Both the position numbers and the translations under genes were made by a program. Positions 1 to 44,899 of a stretch of 64,000 nt of DNA are shown here, piece after piece. The stretch is from Hormiphora californensis (lineage: Eukaryota; Animalia; Ctenophora), in assembly GCA_020137815.1 (NCBI GenBank), contig CM035350.1:5580001-5644000 (forward strand), given 5' to 3'. The notes beneath the pieces are model-generated. The model made no database searches, was not told the origin of the DNA, and saw only the letters and a program-made list of their open reading frames with translations. Every line of letters begins with the position of its first letter. The stretch's first letter is position 1.

Positions 1-32854
<32,854 letters not shown>

Positions 32855-33144
32855 GATTGTAAATAATTGGAAAGTTGCGTCTGTGTGCTAATGCCATTTT
32901 CCTGGAAAAAACCCTTGATTGATTGAGATATCTCGCCCATATTGATATTCTGCGAGAATAGCACGTACGATAGATTTGATAGATTGGCCTGATATATGAC
33001 AGCTTGAGGGGAAAAAAATACTATTTTTAAGCGATAATTTTATATAAGACTATTTTGTTTTTCGACTTTTAAAACTCTTCTTATCTATTTGAAAATCAAT
33101 TATAGCGACAAGTAAAGTTGTTCAAAGGAGTTTGTACATATCCC

Positions 33145-33213
33145 TTGTCAGCATAGCGCGCGGCTCTAGATTCCCACGGCCTCATCGCGCGTACATTTGC
33201 ACTATGCTGACAA
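33145..33213. repeat. Small inverted repeat (ttgtcagcatag...ctatgctgacaa), possible tiny MITE
   Basis: 12-bp terminal inverted repeat. Confidence 0.5.
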
Positions 33214-33681
33214 CAGCTACTTTGATCTTTCAGAAATCACAAAACCGAGTGATGGCTACTCCAGCTAGCATAATATCAAAATAGAAACACGGAGTGTACA
33301 AAACAGCAAGCTAAACTTGGCTTGTTTCCCCTCTATGGTGGTATAAATCGGCCAAATGAAAATATACGGAATAACAGAAATAAAAATAAAATTTAGTTTA
33401 ATTTAAGAAATAAAAATACTAAAAAGTAAAAGTAAAAGTTAAGTAAAAAACTAAAAAGTAAAAAGTTAGAAAAAACAAAAATAAAAACAAAAATAAAAAC
33501 AAAAAAATAAAAATAAAACAAAAAATAAAATCATAAATAAAAAATAGAAAAAACTTTTTTTAGAAAAACTTTTTTTTGAGTTGAACTTTTTTCTTCTTGA
33601 GTTGAACTTTTTTATTTGGGTCCCGGTCGTGGTATAAATCGGCCAAACGGCCAAAATTAGGAGGACCGTTCTGTAACATTT

Positions 33682-33734
33682 TGATCTCCGAAGTTAAACA
33701 ACCGCTAGTCGGGTTAGTACTTGGATGGGTGACC
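33682..33734 (+). promoter_or_regulatory. 5S rRNA-derived internal Pol III promoter segment (box A-like to box C), left arm
   Basis: gatctccgaagttaaaca...ggttagtacttggatgggtgacc resembles 5S gatctcggaagctaagca...ggttagtacttggatgggagacc. Confidence 0.7.
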
Positions 33735-33742
33735 AAACAACA

Positions 33743-33799
<57 letters not shown>

Positions 33800-33827
33800 C
33801 ACTAGACTCTCACTCTCACTCTCACTC

Positions 33828-33869
<42 letters not shown>

Positions 33870-33906
33870 TCTCTCACACACATACACTCTCTCACTCTCA
33901 CTCTCA

Positions 33907-33966
<60 letters not shown>

Positions 33967-34141
33967 CTCTCTCTCTCATTGGCAGCCAATGATTGGCTTG
34001 AGAGAGAGAGAGAGAGACAGAGAGACAGAGAGAGAGAGAGAGTGAGAGTGAGAGTGAGAGTGTGTGTGTGAGAGAGAGTGAGAGTGAGAGAGAGAGAGAG
34101 AGAGAGAGTGTGAGAGAGAGAGAGAGAGAGATATGTTGTTT

Positions 34142-34194
34142 GGTCACCCATCCAAGTACTAACCCGACCAGCGGTTGTTTAACTTCGGAGATCA
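34142..34194 (-). promoter_or_regulatory. 5S rRNA-derived internal Pol III promoter segment, right arm
   Basis: Inverted copy of 33682-33734. Confidence 0.7.
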
Positions 34195-34508
34195 AAATGT
34201 TACAGAACGGTCCTCCTAATTTTGGCCGTTTGGCCGATTTATACCACGACCGGGACCCAAATAAAAAAGTTCAACTCAGGAAGAAAAAAGTTCAACTCAA
34301 AAAAAAGTTTTTCTAAAAAAAGTTTTTTCTATTTTTGATTTTTGATTTTATTTTTTGTTTTATTTTTATTTTTGTTTGTTTTTATTTTTGTTTTTATTTT
34401 TATTTTTTCTAACTTTTTACTTTTTACTTTTTTACTTTACTTTTACTTTTATACTTTTTAGTATTTTTATTTCTTAAATTAAACTTAATTTTATTTTTAT
34501 TTCTGTTA

Positions 34509-36117
34509 CTAGAAAACCCGTTGAAGTAAAGCGTAACTGTGAACTGAATACGACACGGGCATGTACTATAATAATATACCCACTATAGAACACCATGAAC
34601 ACTGCACCCTGAACACCCTAAACACCCTAAAGTCGGATTTTTTGAAGTTGTCACCCCCCTCTTTTTATGCGCGGAATGTTTTTGCGTGTCACTGGTCACA
34701 TCACATGTGTGTGCGTCAAAATTGATGAATTTCACATGCACAGTCATTTTGGGGTGACAACTTCAAAAAATCTGACTTTAAATACTCTCTATTTACAGAT
34801 CCGTGAATTAAAGGAGAATGTTGAATACATCTTTGGATACACCCTCTAGTGCCCCGAGGACTCACAGTTCTCTCTTGTATCTCTCTAGATGCTGAATCAC
34901 CAACTCACAATCTTCTCTTCAAGAAGTTAGTATGGATCGAGTTAGTTACTTATTATATTTTCTCACAAAACTTAGTGGATGAACGGGGAGTTAATCAACA
35001 AAGAGTAATGCAGTCGGACCCTGATATAACCTCCCCCGCCCCCATATATAGTAAATTAACAGTATTTGACCCTGATTCACTGGGCACCCTGATTTAACGG
35101 GCTCACGATTATTAAAATTTCAAAATTCCCTACTAAATTAATTTATTAAATTCGTTTTCTTTGGTTTTCGTATTAAATCCCGATATTAATTATGTTTCTC
35201 CTCCAGGTGCGAGGGAGCATTCCAATTGGTGGAGACGAAATACACCAGTTCCATTGACATGCAGGCCCAATTGTCAAAGTTTACACAACACAGATCATTG
35301 CCACTCTTCCTGTGCGATGTAACCTCCGATCTGTATCACCGCAGAACCATCATGGACTGATGGATTACTGGAAAGACTCTGGAATAAAGACATTATAAAA
35401 GAGAACCGAGTGAATATTGCGCGCAAACATGGTACCTTCAGTTCAACCGGACAAATTAAATGTGGCACGCGTCTTTTTGTAGTTAACGGTGCAAACAACT
35501 GCCGCGCGCTCGCGATTTCTTTGCATTTTATTTGGAAACAATTTATTTAAAAAATTCGCACCTTTTTGAAACTTTTTGCGTTTCGTGTTGACCATGAATT
35601 AATTTATTATATAAGAACTCCGGTCAGTTCTCATCTTGCCAATCCGTTTTCCGGGAACCCCTGGCCAAAGGACATTAAAATTCACATAACGACCAAGTTT
35701 CATATCGATTGGATAAGATTTTGGGTGGCTACGGTGAAAAATATCGTATTTTTGGCATTTTTAACTTCCCCGACGCGATTTACGACCCTTAAACATTGAG
35801 TTACGGGAAATCGCTATCAAGTAAAATGAAGTTCAAACGATTCTCTTTCCCCATTATTGCGTTAGTTTTTTGATTTAGAGCCGTTTTCAGGGTCTTAAAA
35901 GCGTTTGAAAAATGTAAGTCTTTTTGTCGCAATGACGTCACCCCGTGACGTCACTGCTGTAAAGATCGGATCAAAAATCTGAGCCCGTACTTACATCCGC
36001 CTTGGTCCAAGGTACCAGTGTACAAATTTTCAGGGGTCTAGCTCAAAAACTGTGGGAGGAGTTTGAAAAACCAATTAACGGACAGACTGACTAACATTAT
36101 GGAATTTATTATATGGA
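34509..36117 (-). mobile_element. Non-autonomous Helitron (5' TC ... CTAG 3', inserted at A^T, no TSD)
   Basis: Minus strand begins TC at 36117 and ends cccgt...acgggttttCTAG at 34509; excision rejoins the host TIR precisely. Confidence 0.8.
34628..34780. mobile_element. MITE with TIR taaagtcggattttttgaagttgtcacccc, inside the Helitron
   Basis: About 30-bp terminal inverted repeat. Confidence 0.7.
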
Positions 36118-36271
36118 TTCCTTATTTTTTCATTTGGCCGATTTATACCACCATACCCCTCTCTCGAATGTATGTAATAACACAAAATGTAATGACACAT
36201 AAAAAATACGTTCTTTTTGGTTTTACAAATTCCAGATAGAGAAAATTCCATTTAACATTTTACTTATACTG

Positions 36272-36272
<1 letters not shown>

Positions 36273-36365
<93 letters not shown>

Positions 36366-36496
36366 TTACACACTCACACACACTCACTCACACACACTCA
36401 CTCACACACTCTCACACTCACTCACTCACACACACACACACACTCACTCACACACACTCACTCACACTCTCTCTCACACACTCTCTTACTCACACA
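36273..36496. repeat. (CA)n / (CACT)n microsatellite
   Basis: Direct inspection. Confidence 0.95.
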
Positions 36497-36668
36497 GTAC
36501 GCTGTCACACCCTGACATCAATAATACAATTTCCCGGGCTGTGTGAGTTACACACATTGGTATAAAATCTCAACCCTACTTTAAAAAAACACAAAACCAC
36601 TGTCCTTGTCATATCACACATGACAACACACCGTTTAATTCAATCTGTTTAGTTTCAATTCAGTCTGT

Positions 36669-39600
36669 TTATACGGTCACCGCCTGTTGGCTGACAACAT
36701 CACTCTGTTTCTCTCGGTGTTTCTGGATGGGAGGACTCTGTCCCTCGACACTCTCTCGCGTTACCACAACTTCACAAATATCAGATCCGGGCACATCAAA
36801 CATGATATCTGTTAGTGTGGTCTCTAGAATGCTCCTCAAACCCCTGGCACCTGGGAAAAAGGGGGTTTAGGGACCTGGGAAGAATGGGGTTTAGGGACTG
36901 GGAAGAATGGGGTTTAGGCACCTGGGAAAAGGGGGGGGGGGTTAGGGACTGGGAAGAAGGGGGTTTAGGGACCTGGGAAGAAGGGGGTTTAGGGACCTGG
37001 GAACGGGGGGGGGTTCAGGATAAATGGTTCGGACGTATATGCCACTTAAGGGTACGCTAACCAAAATTTTTTTTCGAGTGCAGGGAAATCTCTCACCGCA
37101 GGGTTGTAGGCCATGCCAAGGAGACCTCAAATATGCAATTTTAGCCCTCAAGTCGAATTCATATTTTTGCTACAGCCGTTTTAAAATCGTCTTGAAAATT
37201 TCTGAAAAGACGTTTTTGACACCTTAAAAATACATTTTCAGGGCTAGAAGCTTAAAATTATGGGGATTTGAAGGGGATAGGAAGGTTTATCGACACAAAA
37301 ATTTTTATTAAAATCGGTGATGATTTTCGGTCGTGAGATTGATTTACTTTTTTCCCTCTTAAAGGCCCTATTTAGCAAAGTTCCGAAAGTTTGTGAAGGC
37401 TGTAAATTGGTGAAAAGTTGCGTCTAACGATTATCTAAGTGGCCATAAATTTTTGGCGTGTCCTTATTTGAGACAAGTTGTACAGAGCTTTTTTTGTGAA
37501 AGCCGTTTTTTTAGAAATAAAGAAATAGCCTGTATCTCAAAAACGACTGATTTTAGAGACCTGAGAACAAGCTTAAACGATTCAGAAGGTCCGATTTTGG
37601 GGGGGTCTTCTGAGAGACATTTTTCTCCTACTTCAACGGTTTTTGCTGTAATTGCGAAAAAGGATTTAGCAAGAAGGTGGAAAAGCAGCACGAAGCAGGC
37701 TGTCGGAACTCCTCTTTTGCCCTCTTCAAAGGATTTGTTTTTCGCAATTACAGCGAAAACCGTTGAAGTAGGAGAAAAATGTCTCTCAGAAGACCCCCCC
37801 AAAATCGGACCTTCTGAATCGTTTAAGCTTGGTCTCAGGTCTCTAAAATTAGTCGTTTTTGAGATACCGGCTATTTCTTTATTTCTAAAAAAACGGCTTT
37901 CACAAAAAAAGCTCTGTACAACTTGTCTCAAATAAGGACACGCCAAAAATTTGTGGCCACTTAGATAATCGTTAGACGCAACTTTTCACCAATTTACAGC
38001 CTTCACAAACTTTCGGAACTTTGCTAAATAGGGCCTTTAAGAGGGAAAAAAGTAAATCAATCTCACGACCGAAAATCATCACCGATTTCAATAAAAATTT
38101 TTGTGTCGATAAACCTTCCTATCCCCTTCAAATCCCCAAAATTTTAAGCTTCTAGCCCTGAAAATGTATTTTTAGGGTATCAAAAACGTCTTTTCAGAAA
38201 TTTTCAAGACGATTTTAAAACGGCTGTAGCAAAAATATGAATTCGACTTGAGGGCTAAAATTGCATATTTGAGGTCTCCTTGGCATGGCCTACAACCCTG
38301 CGGTGAGAGATTTCCCTGCACTCGAAAAAAAATTTTGGTTAGCGTACCCTTAAGGGGGTGGGTGTTTTTTCAAACTTGCCACTTAGTGTTTTTCGCTAAA
38401 TGGTCATTTTTTGGCCAGATTTGGTCAATTTTCGGCCAAATTTGGTCAATTTTCGGTAAAAATTGGGATTCTTCGAGGTGGACCTGAAAAATTTTCAAAT
38501 TTCAATTTTCTCGCGCGCGAAAATTTTTTCTGGAAATTTTTTGGTTTTGGTCCCAGAAAACAGCCTAAATTTTGCCATTTTTTGGGCAAAAAAGCTAGTT
38601 TTTCGGTAAATTTTGGGGGTTTAGGGGTCTATTTGGGGTTTGACCACTAAAAAAAACTGATTAAGTGGTCAATTTTAGGGGGTGGGGGGGTCCTTTTGGA
38701 TTTTGACCACTTAAGCAATTTTTAGGCATATACGTCCGACCACTTAATCCTGAACCCCCCCCCGCTGGGAAGAAGGTGGTTTAGGGACTGGGAAGTAGGG
38801 GTTTAGGGACTGGGAAGGAGGGGGTTTAGGGACTGGGAAGAAGGGGGTTTAGGGACTGGGAAGGAGGGGGTTTAGGGACTGGGAAGGAGGGGGTTTAGGG
38901 ACTGGGAAGAAGGGGGTTTAGGGACTGGGAAGAATGGGGTTTAGGGACCTGGGAAGAAGGGGGTTTAGGGACCTGGGAAGAAGGGGGTTTAGGGACCTGG
39001 GAAGAATGGGGTTTAGGGACCTGGGAAGAAGGGGGTTTAGGGACTGGGAAGAAGGGGGTTTAGGGACTGGGAAGAAGGGGGTTTAGGGACTGGTAAGAAG
39101 GGGGTTTAGGGACTGGGAAGAAGGGGGTTAGGGACCTGAGAAGAATGGGGTTTAGGGACCTGGGAAGAATGGGGTTTAGGGACCTGGGAAAAAGGGGGGT
39201 TAGGGACCTGAGAAGAAGGGGGTTTAGGGACTGGGAAGAAGGGGGTTTAGGGACTGGGAAGAAGGGGGTTTAGGGACTGGTAAGAAGGGGGTTTAGGGAC
39301 TGGGAAGAAGGGGGTTAGGGACCTGAGAAGAATGGGGTTTAGGGACCTGGGAAGAAGGGGGTTAGGGACCTGAGAAGAATGGGGTTTAGGGACCTGGGAA
39401 GAAGGGTGTTTAGGAATCTGGGAAGAAGGGTGTTTAGGGACCTGTGAAGAAGGTGGTTTAGGGACCTGTGAAGAAGGGGGTTTAGGGACCTGAGAAGAAT
39501 GTGGTTTAGGGAACTGGGAAGAAGGGAGTTTGGGGACTTGGGAAGAATGGGGTTTAGGGACCTGGGAAGAATGGGGTTTAGGGACCTGAGAAGAATGTGG

Positions 39601-42381
39601 TTTAGGGACCTGGGAAGAAGGGAGTTTGGGGACCTGGGAAGAATGGGGACCGGCAGATATTCAGTTAATACACACTTTTTCCCGTAGACTTTACCCCACT
39701 ACGGGCCCTAGTGGGGGGAACTCGGAACACCCTGTACCTGGAACTCACCTGTTCTCTTCTGTATAGCGAGGTCAGCTATAGCGTTGAGTGAGTCATCTGT
39801 GAACGTTAGCGTACACTCATCCAGCTCCAATAAGTACTTGTATTGAGCGATGATGGAGTTTTTAGGTTTAGTTAGAATCGTGACCAATGCCTCCCGATCT
39901 GAATAAAAGTATGTTAACATGTCAGCAGCTGTGCTGACCAACCTGTCACTAGGTTTGAAATTAAATTTTTATGCAGCACTGTGGAAACAGGCAGGGCTTT
40001 GAAATGGGTGGTAACCCTCATGTACCCACTAAAGTCTGATTTTTTGGGGTGACAACTTAAAAATTTCCGACTTTACCCACACCTATAATACTAGGGAGAA
40101 GTATCACAAAGTTTGAGCGGGGTTGAGCTTACCCAGCGACATGAGAGGAACTGCTACGGGCATTCTGCCAACGAATTCTGGAATAATTCCAAAATTGACC
40201 AAGTCCTCTGCGTCAATATCCCGCAAAAATTTATCGTTTATTTTTAACTGATCTTGGAATGAAGTTTTCTTGTCGTTAAGAGCGGCATCGTCACCACTCA
40301 CTACACTTCCAAATCCAATTGTTTTCTTAATTTTCCGGGATCTGAAACATTTTAAAGTTTTACTGGAAATAAAAGAACAATCAGCTACGGCCCATATGAA
40401 ATTATTGTCTCACAAAAGACAGCCCTCTTACTGCAGTCACATAGTATGAAAGATATACCAAATCGACCCTTCCATACCTGACAATTTTCTCAATTCCTCC
40501 AAAGGCACCGGATGCAATAAACAATATATTTGTTGTGTCAACTTGAACGGGATCAGAGCGGAGTTTTCGAGAGGGTATAAGTCGCTCTGGGATTGTGACT
40601 AGTGTGCCCTCGAGGAGTTTTAGCAGGGCTTGTTGGACTCCCTCCCCTGAGACATCCCTGACACTTGTCTCCTTTGATCGCATCGAGATTTTATCAACCT
40701 GGGGGGGGGGGTACTCAAAGTATGTACAACTAAACATGCTAGAAACAGGGAGGGAACAGGGGGATTGTTTTCATTTACATGATGTTATTCTACACTGTGC
40801 ACTGTGTCAACAAAAGTTTGTATTCAAACCAATAGCATGACAACTGCAGGGCAGTTTTAGATAAGATTTGAAACATTTATAGATAATAACTCTAAAATTC
40901 AGACGTCCACAGGCAGATGGGTATCAAATTACTGGCAACGCTTAGTTTAGCCGTCATGTTATCTATAAATAGACACATGGCTAATTTCTTATACTCCGTG
41001 TAAACCGGCTAAAAGAGAATTCTTTCATAATTACATATTCGAAGACATTATTTATATCCGCTCGCGGTCGAGCTTCTCTATCTCATACACTTTTCTCCTC
41101 TTTTTCTCTCTCACTTTCTCTCTCCTCCATACTTGATTTACACACACTACCGGCTCTGACCTAATAATATCCTCCCGGAAACACAAGTTACACGAGCACT
41201 GCTGTATGTATCGGACTACTAAAACAGTCAACTAAACCATTCTACTCAGCTGCAGCTGTATTCACTATTATTTCTCACTATCGAATGTTACTCTTTTCTT
41301 ACCTCATCCAAAAATACAATTCCTTTCTGGCACTTTTCCAAGTTAAAATCGGAGGCAATGAGAAGTTTAGCGACGATCGACTCAACGTCCTCACCAACGT
41401 AGCCCGCTTGAGTTAGGGAGGTACAATCGCATATGGTCATGGGCACTTTGAGGCATTCTGCAACCGACTGAGCGAGGAGCGTCTTTCCAGTTCCTGATAA
41501 TGGGAGAGAAATTCAATGAAACAGTTTATAACTTTCTCTCTCTCTCTCTCTCTTGTTCGTATTCCAGGAATATAAGGCGTATGCTTGATAAAAATCACAT
41601 GCACGCATAATGCCCCCATAATGCTATAACCTCTCTCCCATCACTACCCTCCCAAATACCTGTAGGACCGAGTAGGAGGACATTAGTTTTATCCATTTTG
41701 GAGACACCACTCAGCCTCTTCTCTTCTGATAAGTTAACTTCAATCCTCCGGTAATGATTATAGATTGCCACTGATAGGACCTTCTTGGCGTGCTCTTGAC
41801 CAATAACAAACTCATTGAGATAACTGAAAATCTCTTTGGGCGTGGGTAGAACTTGTTCCTCTTGAGGTGGTGCTTGGTTCACGTGACTGAGGGAATTCTA
41901 ATTAGTATTGTGAGGACTGAGGTCTCTCCCTCTAGTTACTCTCTTGTAAAGCACCAGTAATTCTTACCTGGACTCTACTCGGATGTTGTCGTTCATGATA
42001 TCAATATCGAGCACAAAGAAATACTCGCAGTGCTGACATTTGAAGAAACGAGGTGAAGTTGGCCCATTTTTCAGGTTGTTTAGCACCCCTCCGCATTTAG
42101 GGCATCTGCAGTTGTTAGAATCACTGGTACTGTCTGAGGACTGAGAAGGGGATATATAATAAGTAATAACTAAAACTGTTAGTCTAACAGCTGTATAGTT
42201 TTAACTAAACGTTTCAAGATAAACTATTATTTTGACTTACAAATCGAGTTTGAAGGGCTAAAGGCGGGGTAGGTAAGGTCTGACGAGTGCATGTGTAATG
42301 TCGCTGACAGCACTGCCCATTTCTAATAGAACCCAGACATCTGAGTGCTCTAATAGATCTGGTACTGACTAAACTAAACAT
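36669..42381 (-). CDS. CLPX: Mitochondrial ATP-dependent Clp protease ATPase subunit ClpX, 8 exons (42241-42381, 41968-42140, 41660-41886, 41303-41493, 40478-40698, 40133-40341, 39749-39898, 36669-36850; 497 aa)
   Basis: Arg/Ser-rich presequence [24 protein letters not shown] zinc finger, [63 protein letters not shown]; all introns GT-AG and in phase. Confidence 0.93.
37004..38764. mobile_element. TIR element (cggggggggttcagga...tcctgaaccccccccg) with apparent 7-bp TSD CTGGGAA
   Basis: Imperfect ~40-bp TIR including ggacgtatatgcc/ggcatatacgtcc; the TSD is ambiguous because the target is a tandem repeat. Confidence 0.7.
37050..38349. mobile_element. 1.3-kb foldback element, TTAA TSD, GG..CC termini (Kolobok-like)
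   Basis: ttaa|gggtacgctaacc...ggttagcgtaccc|ttaa; ~610-bp near-identical arms and ~80-bp spacer. Confidence 0.85.
40030..40075. mobile_element. 46-bp mini-MITE (taaagtc..gacttta) flanked by CCCAC
   Basis: Same termini as the MITE at 34628-34780. Confidence 0.6.
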
Positions 42382-42767
42382 TACTGACCATCCCCTATAA
42401 GAAAAGTGTCAGACATACTGGGAAAAAAGAAGAAGGAGCCCTGCGTGTGAACTGATTTTTTATTATTATTCAATGGTCAATGGGTAGAATTCAGTCTGAA
42501 AACAAAAAAAGTCTGAAAACTAAGAATTCAACTTGATAGCCGTTGGGGAAGTGGGAGCTTCTGGCCTAGTGCACGCATCAATATCAATATCAATTACAAC
42601 ATTTATAACAGAGTCAATATAGATTAAAAATATATACGACCCTACCCGCTCTTACACTTACATACATATAAAATTATATGTATGCTTTTAGGCTGAAAGG
42701 CCAACAGGCTTCAGCAGTTACCTAAAGCGGGCTTACTAAACTAGAGTAACAGTGTATAAGAAAAATA

Positions 42768-43727
42768 TTATCCAACTTGGATTATATTGTTTTTAATATA
42801 GTACTTTCCACTCGGGTCTTCTAAGCGGAGTTTTTTCATCGTGTTTATAAGAGTTTTTCGCTCTCTAATTTGAATCGGGGTTAAATCAGGTGACAGGTAA
42901 ACAGCTGAAAAATGTTCCGAGTTCTTGAGCTGTCGTGATTTTTTCAGCAGAGCCAAAAGTGTTGCTCGCCTTTCAAAAGAAACCAAAATTGGCCGAGGGC
43001 CCTTCTCGTTTCTCTCGCCGATACGTTTCATTGAGTTAACTTTTGGTTTTTCGTTCAACTCGGCAAACACACCATCAACACTATTCCTAGTCAGGCGGTC
43101 AGTTGTTTCTGGTATACCGAAAATAACAAGGTTTTTCTCCCTGTCGGACGATGGTGTGGAAGCAGGATCTTGAGAAGACTTTCTCACCACCGGAGAGACT
43201 GCGGCACAGTTTTGAGCCAGTACAGTAGAGTAGGCTTTCACCTTCTGCACTGAAGTTTTTACGGAACTCAGTTGCTCCTTTTGGGCGTTAATAACGGTTT
43301 GTTGTAGCTCAATCACATTGACACGGTGGCGGTCAAGTTCTTCCTTGCACTTTCGTAACTCCTCCTCGAGTTTCCTCGTACTAACAATCTCATCAAGGCT
43401 GTGCATTGCACATTTGAGAAGTTTTACACTGGACAAAAACGTTTTACATGTGGCGTCAATTATTTCCTCTTTAGATAAGTTCTTGAGAGAATGTCTAAAA
43501 TAGGTGTTTATATCTTTATAAACTGTACCAGCACTATCAGGGGTCAGTTTTGACTCAGGAAAATGTTTGAAAAAGTTGTAGCTATCTGTTACCAGCTGAG
43601 GTTCAACATTCATCTCTTCCGAGGTTCCCGCGTATTCCAATCTCATGATCTCCGAAACATAGTCATTCACTGATTTTATCAATCGTTCATTCGTAGGGTT
43701 ATCGCCCTCGTTGTCGTTCGTTCCCAT
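42768..43727 (-). CDS. LINE ORF1-like protein (coiled coil plus RRM-like/CTD region), no ORF2 downstream
   Basis: Coiled coil KLEEELRKCKEELD; REKNLVIFGIPE, RIG, PRPILVSF, VYLSPDLT motifs typical of CR1/L2-type ORF1. Confidence 0.7.
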   Translation of the reverse strand: MGTNDNEGDNPTNERLIKSVNDYVSEIMRLEYAGTSEEMNVEPQLVTDSYNFFKHFPESKLTPDSAGTVYKDINTYFRHSLKNLSKEEIIDATCKTFLSSVKLLKCAMHSLDEIVSTRKLEEELRKCKEELDRHRVNVIELQQTVINAQKEQLSSVKTSVQKVKAYSTVLAQNCAAVSPVVRKSSQDPASTPSSDREKNLVIFGIPETTDRLTRNSVDGVFAELNEKPKVNSMKRIGERNEKGPRPILVSFERRATLLALLKKSRQLKNSEHFSAVYLSPDLTPIQIRERKTLINTMKKLRLEDPSGKYYIKNNIIQVG

Positions 43728-44899
43728 CACTACCTAGAGGCTCACGCCTCAAATTAATTTGTTTAAAGTAGTGTTGAAAAGTTTGATCCCTGTGCGATTG
43801 AAGAAGAGATGGTAGCCCTGAAAAAGTGTAAAACTCCAAAGTAGGTGCCATGGGCGTTGCAAAAAAGACTCTTTTTGGAAATTTTAGTTTCAAAATTTTT
43901 ATGATTCTGGATCATAAAAATTCTGAAACTAAAATTTCCAAAAAGTGCACGAAATTCATTTTCTGAATTTATCTTTTTTATTTGCATTTTATTTGATTTA
44001 CAGCTGAACACCATTTATTTTCCTCTAGACTGAAAGACCATCTCTGGAAAGCCTTACACGACATAACTTAATTCGCTGCTGTGGTGTGGGCCCCTTTCTC
44101 TTCTTTTATCTTTACAGTAACTGTCCTTCTTCCGCACATAGCTTACATTGTACTCAAATTGAAGGTTTGGAGTGGTGTTGAACAGTTTGAAACAAGATGG
44201 TGGACCCGCACCACAGATGTGAATTATAACTGATCTTAACATCTACCCAACAGTCGACATGACGTTAAATTCGGGGTATGGTTCATGGGGGAGGGAGGTA
44301 GGGGATTGGGAATCAAGGGTAAGTATTAAGTATAATTGTTATTATTAATGAGTGAAATAAATTTAGCTTACAACTAGTATAAGAGTGTGTTTTAGCCTTA
44401 TAGCTACTTTTTTTTAAATATTTTTAAATGAGGTTTTTAAGACGTAAGCACTCGCGCCATAGGCTGCTAAACTATTAGTAAGAGTCAGTCGGGTATTTAT
44501 TTAATGTGCAATTTGTACGTTTATATAATATCCTTTCAAATCATTTGTGTGCGCGCGCGGCCCGGTTTAACAACCTACCGCGCGGCAAGCAATAGCGGTC
44601 AACTTTACAATTTCTGGCCGCTGAAGGCCTGACGCAAGAATTGAGTACAAAATAAGTAATATGAATTTGTTAGACATGAAATTAAATTACTGATAATAAA
44701 TATGTACATTAATTTCAACACATGGAATAAATTTTAAGTCAAATGTGTCCAGCAGTAATTTTGGTTCGAAATTCAAATGTCCGAAATCGAATTGGAAAAG
44801 TAGTAGAACTCGGCTGTGTGGTAGCGGTTTCAAGATATTTGTGAAGAATTAATAAACTTTTTGGAACACTTTTACGAACACTGAGGGATGAACCCATGA

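Larger units (their letters stand above)
33334..36155. mobile_element. Non-autonomous palindromic DNA transposon with TATGG..CCATA termini and 6-bp TSD CCCCTC (IS3EU-like)
   Basis: TSD at 33328-33333 and 36156-36161; removing 34509-36117 restores a near-perfect ~1.2-kb palindrome. Confidence 0.8.
36851..39650. repeat. 24-25 bp minisatellite (CTGGGAAGAAGGGGGTTTAGGGAC) filling the last ClpX intron, interrupted at 37004-38764
   Basis: About 40 units. Confidence 0.93.

Noticed and set aside
33682-34194. Functional 5S rRNA genes
   Set aside because: Only ~53 nt of the internal control region is similar; the 5' and 3' parts of 5S are absent.
37453-37946. Two near-identical 160-aa ORFs on opposite strands
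   Set aside because: A consequence of the DNA palindrome; no transposase motifs.
36851-39650. Telomeric TTTAGGG array (also at 59985-60110)
   Set aside because: The motif is embedded in longer units, not in tandem telomeric repeats.
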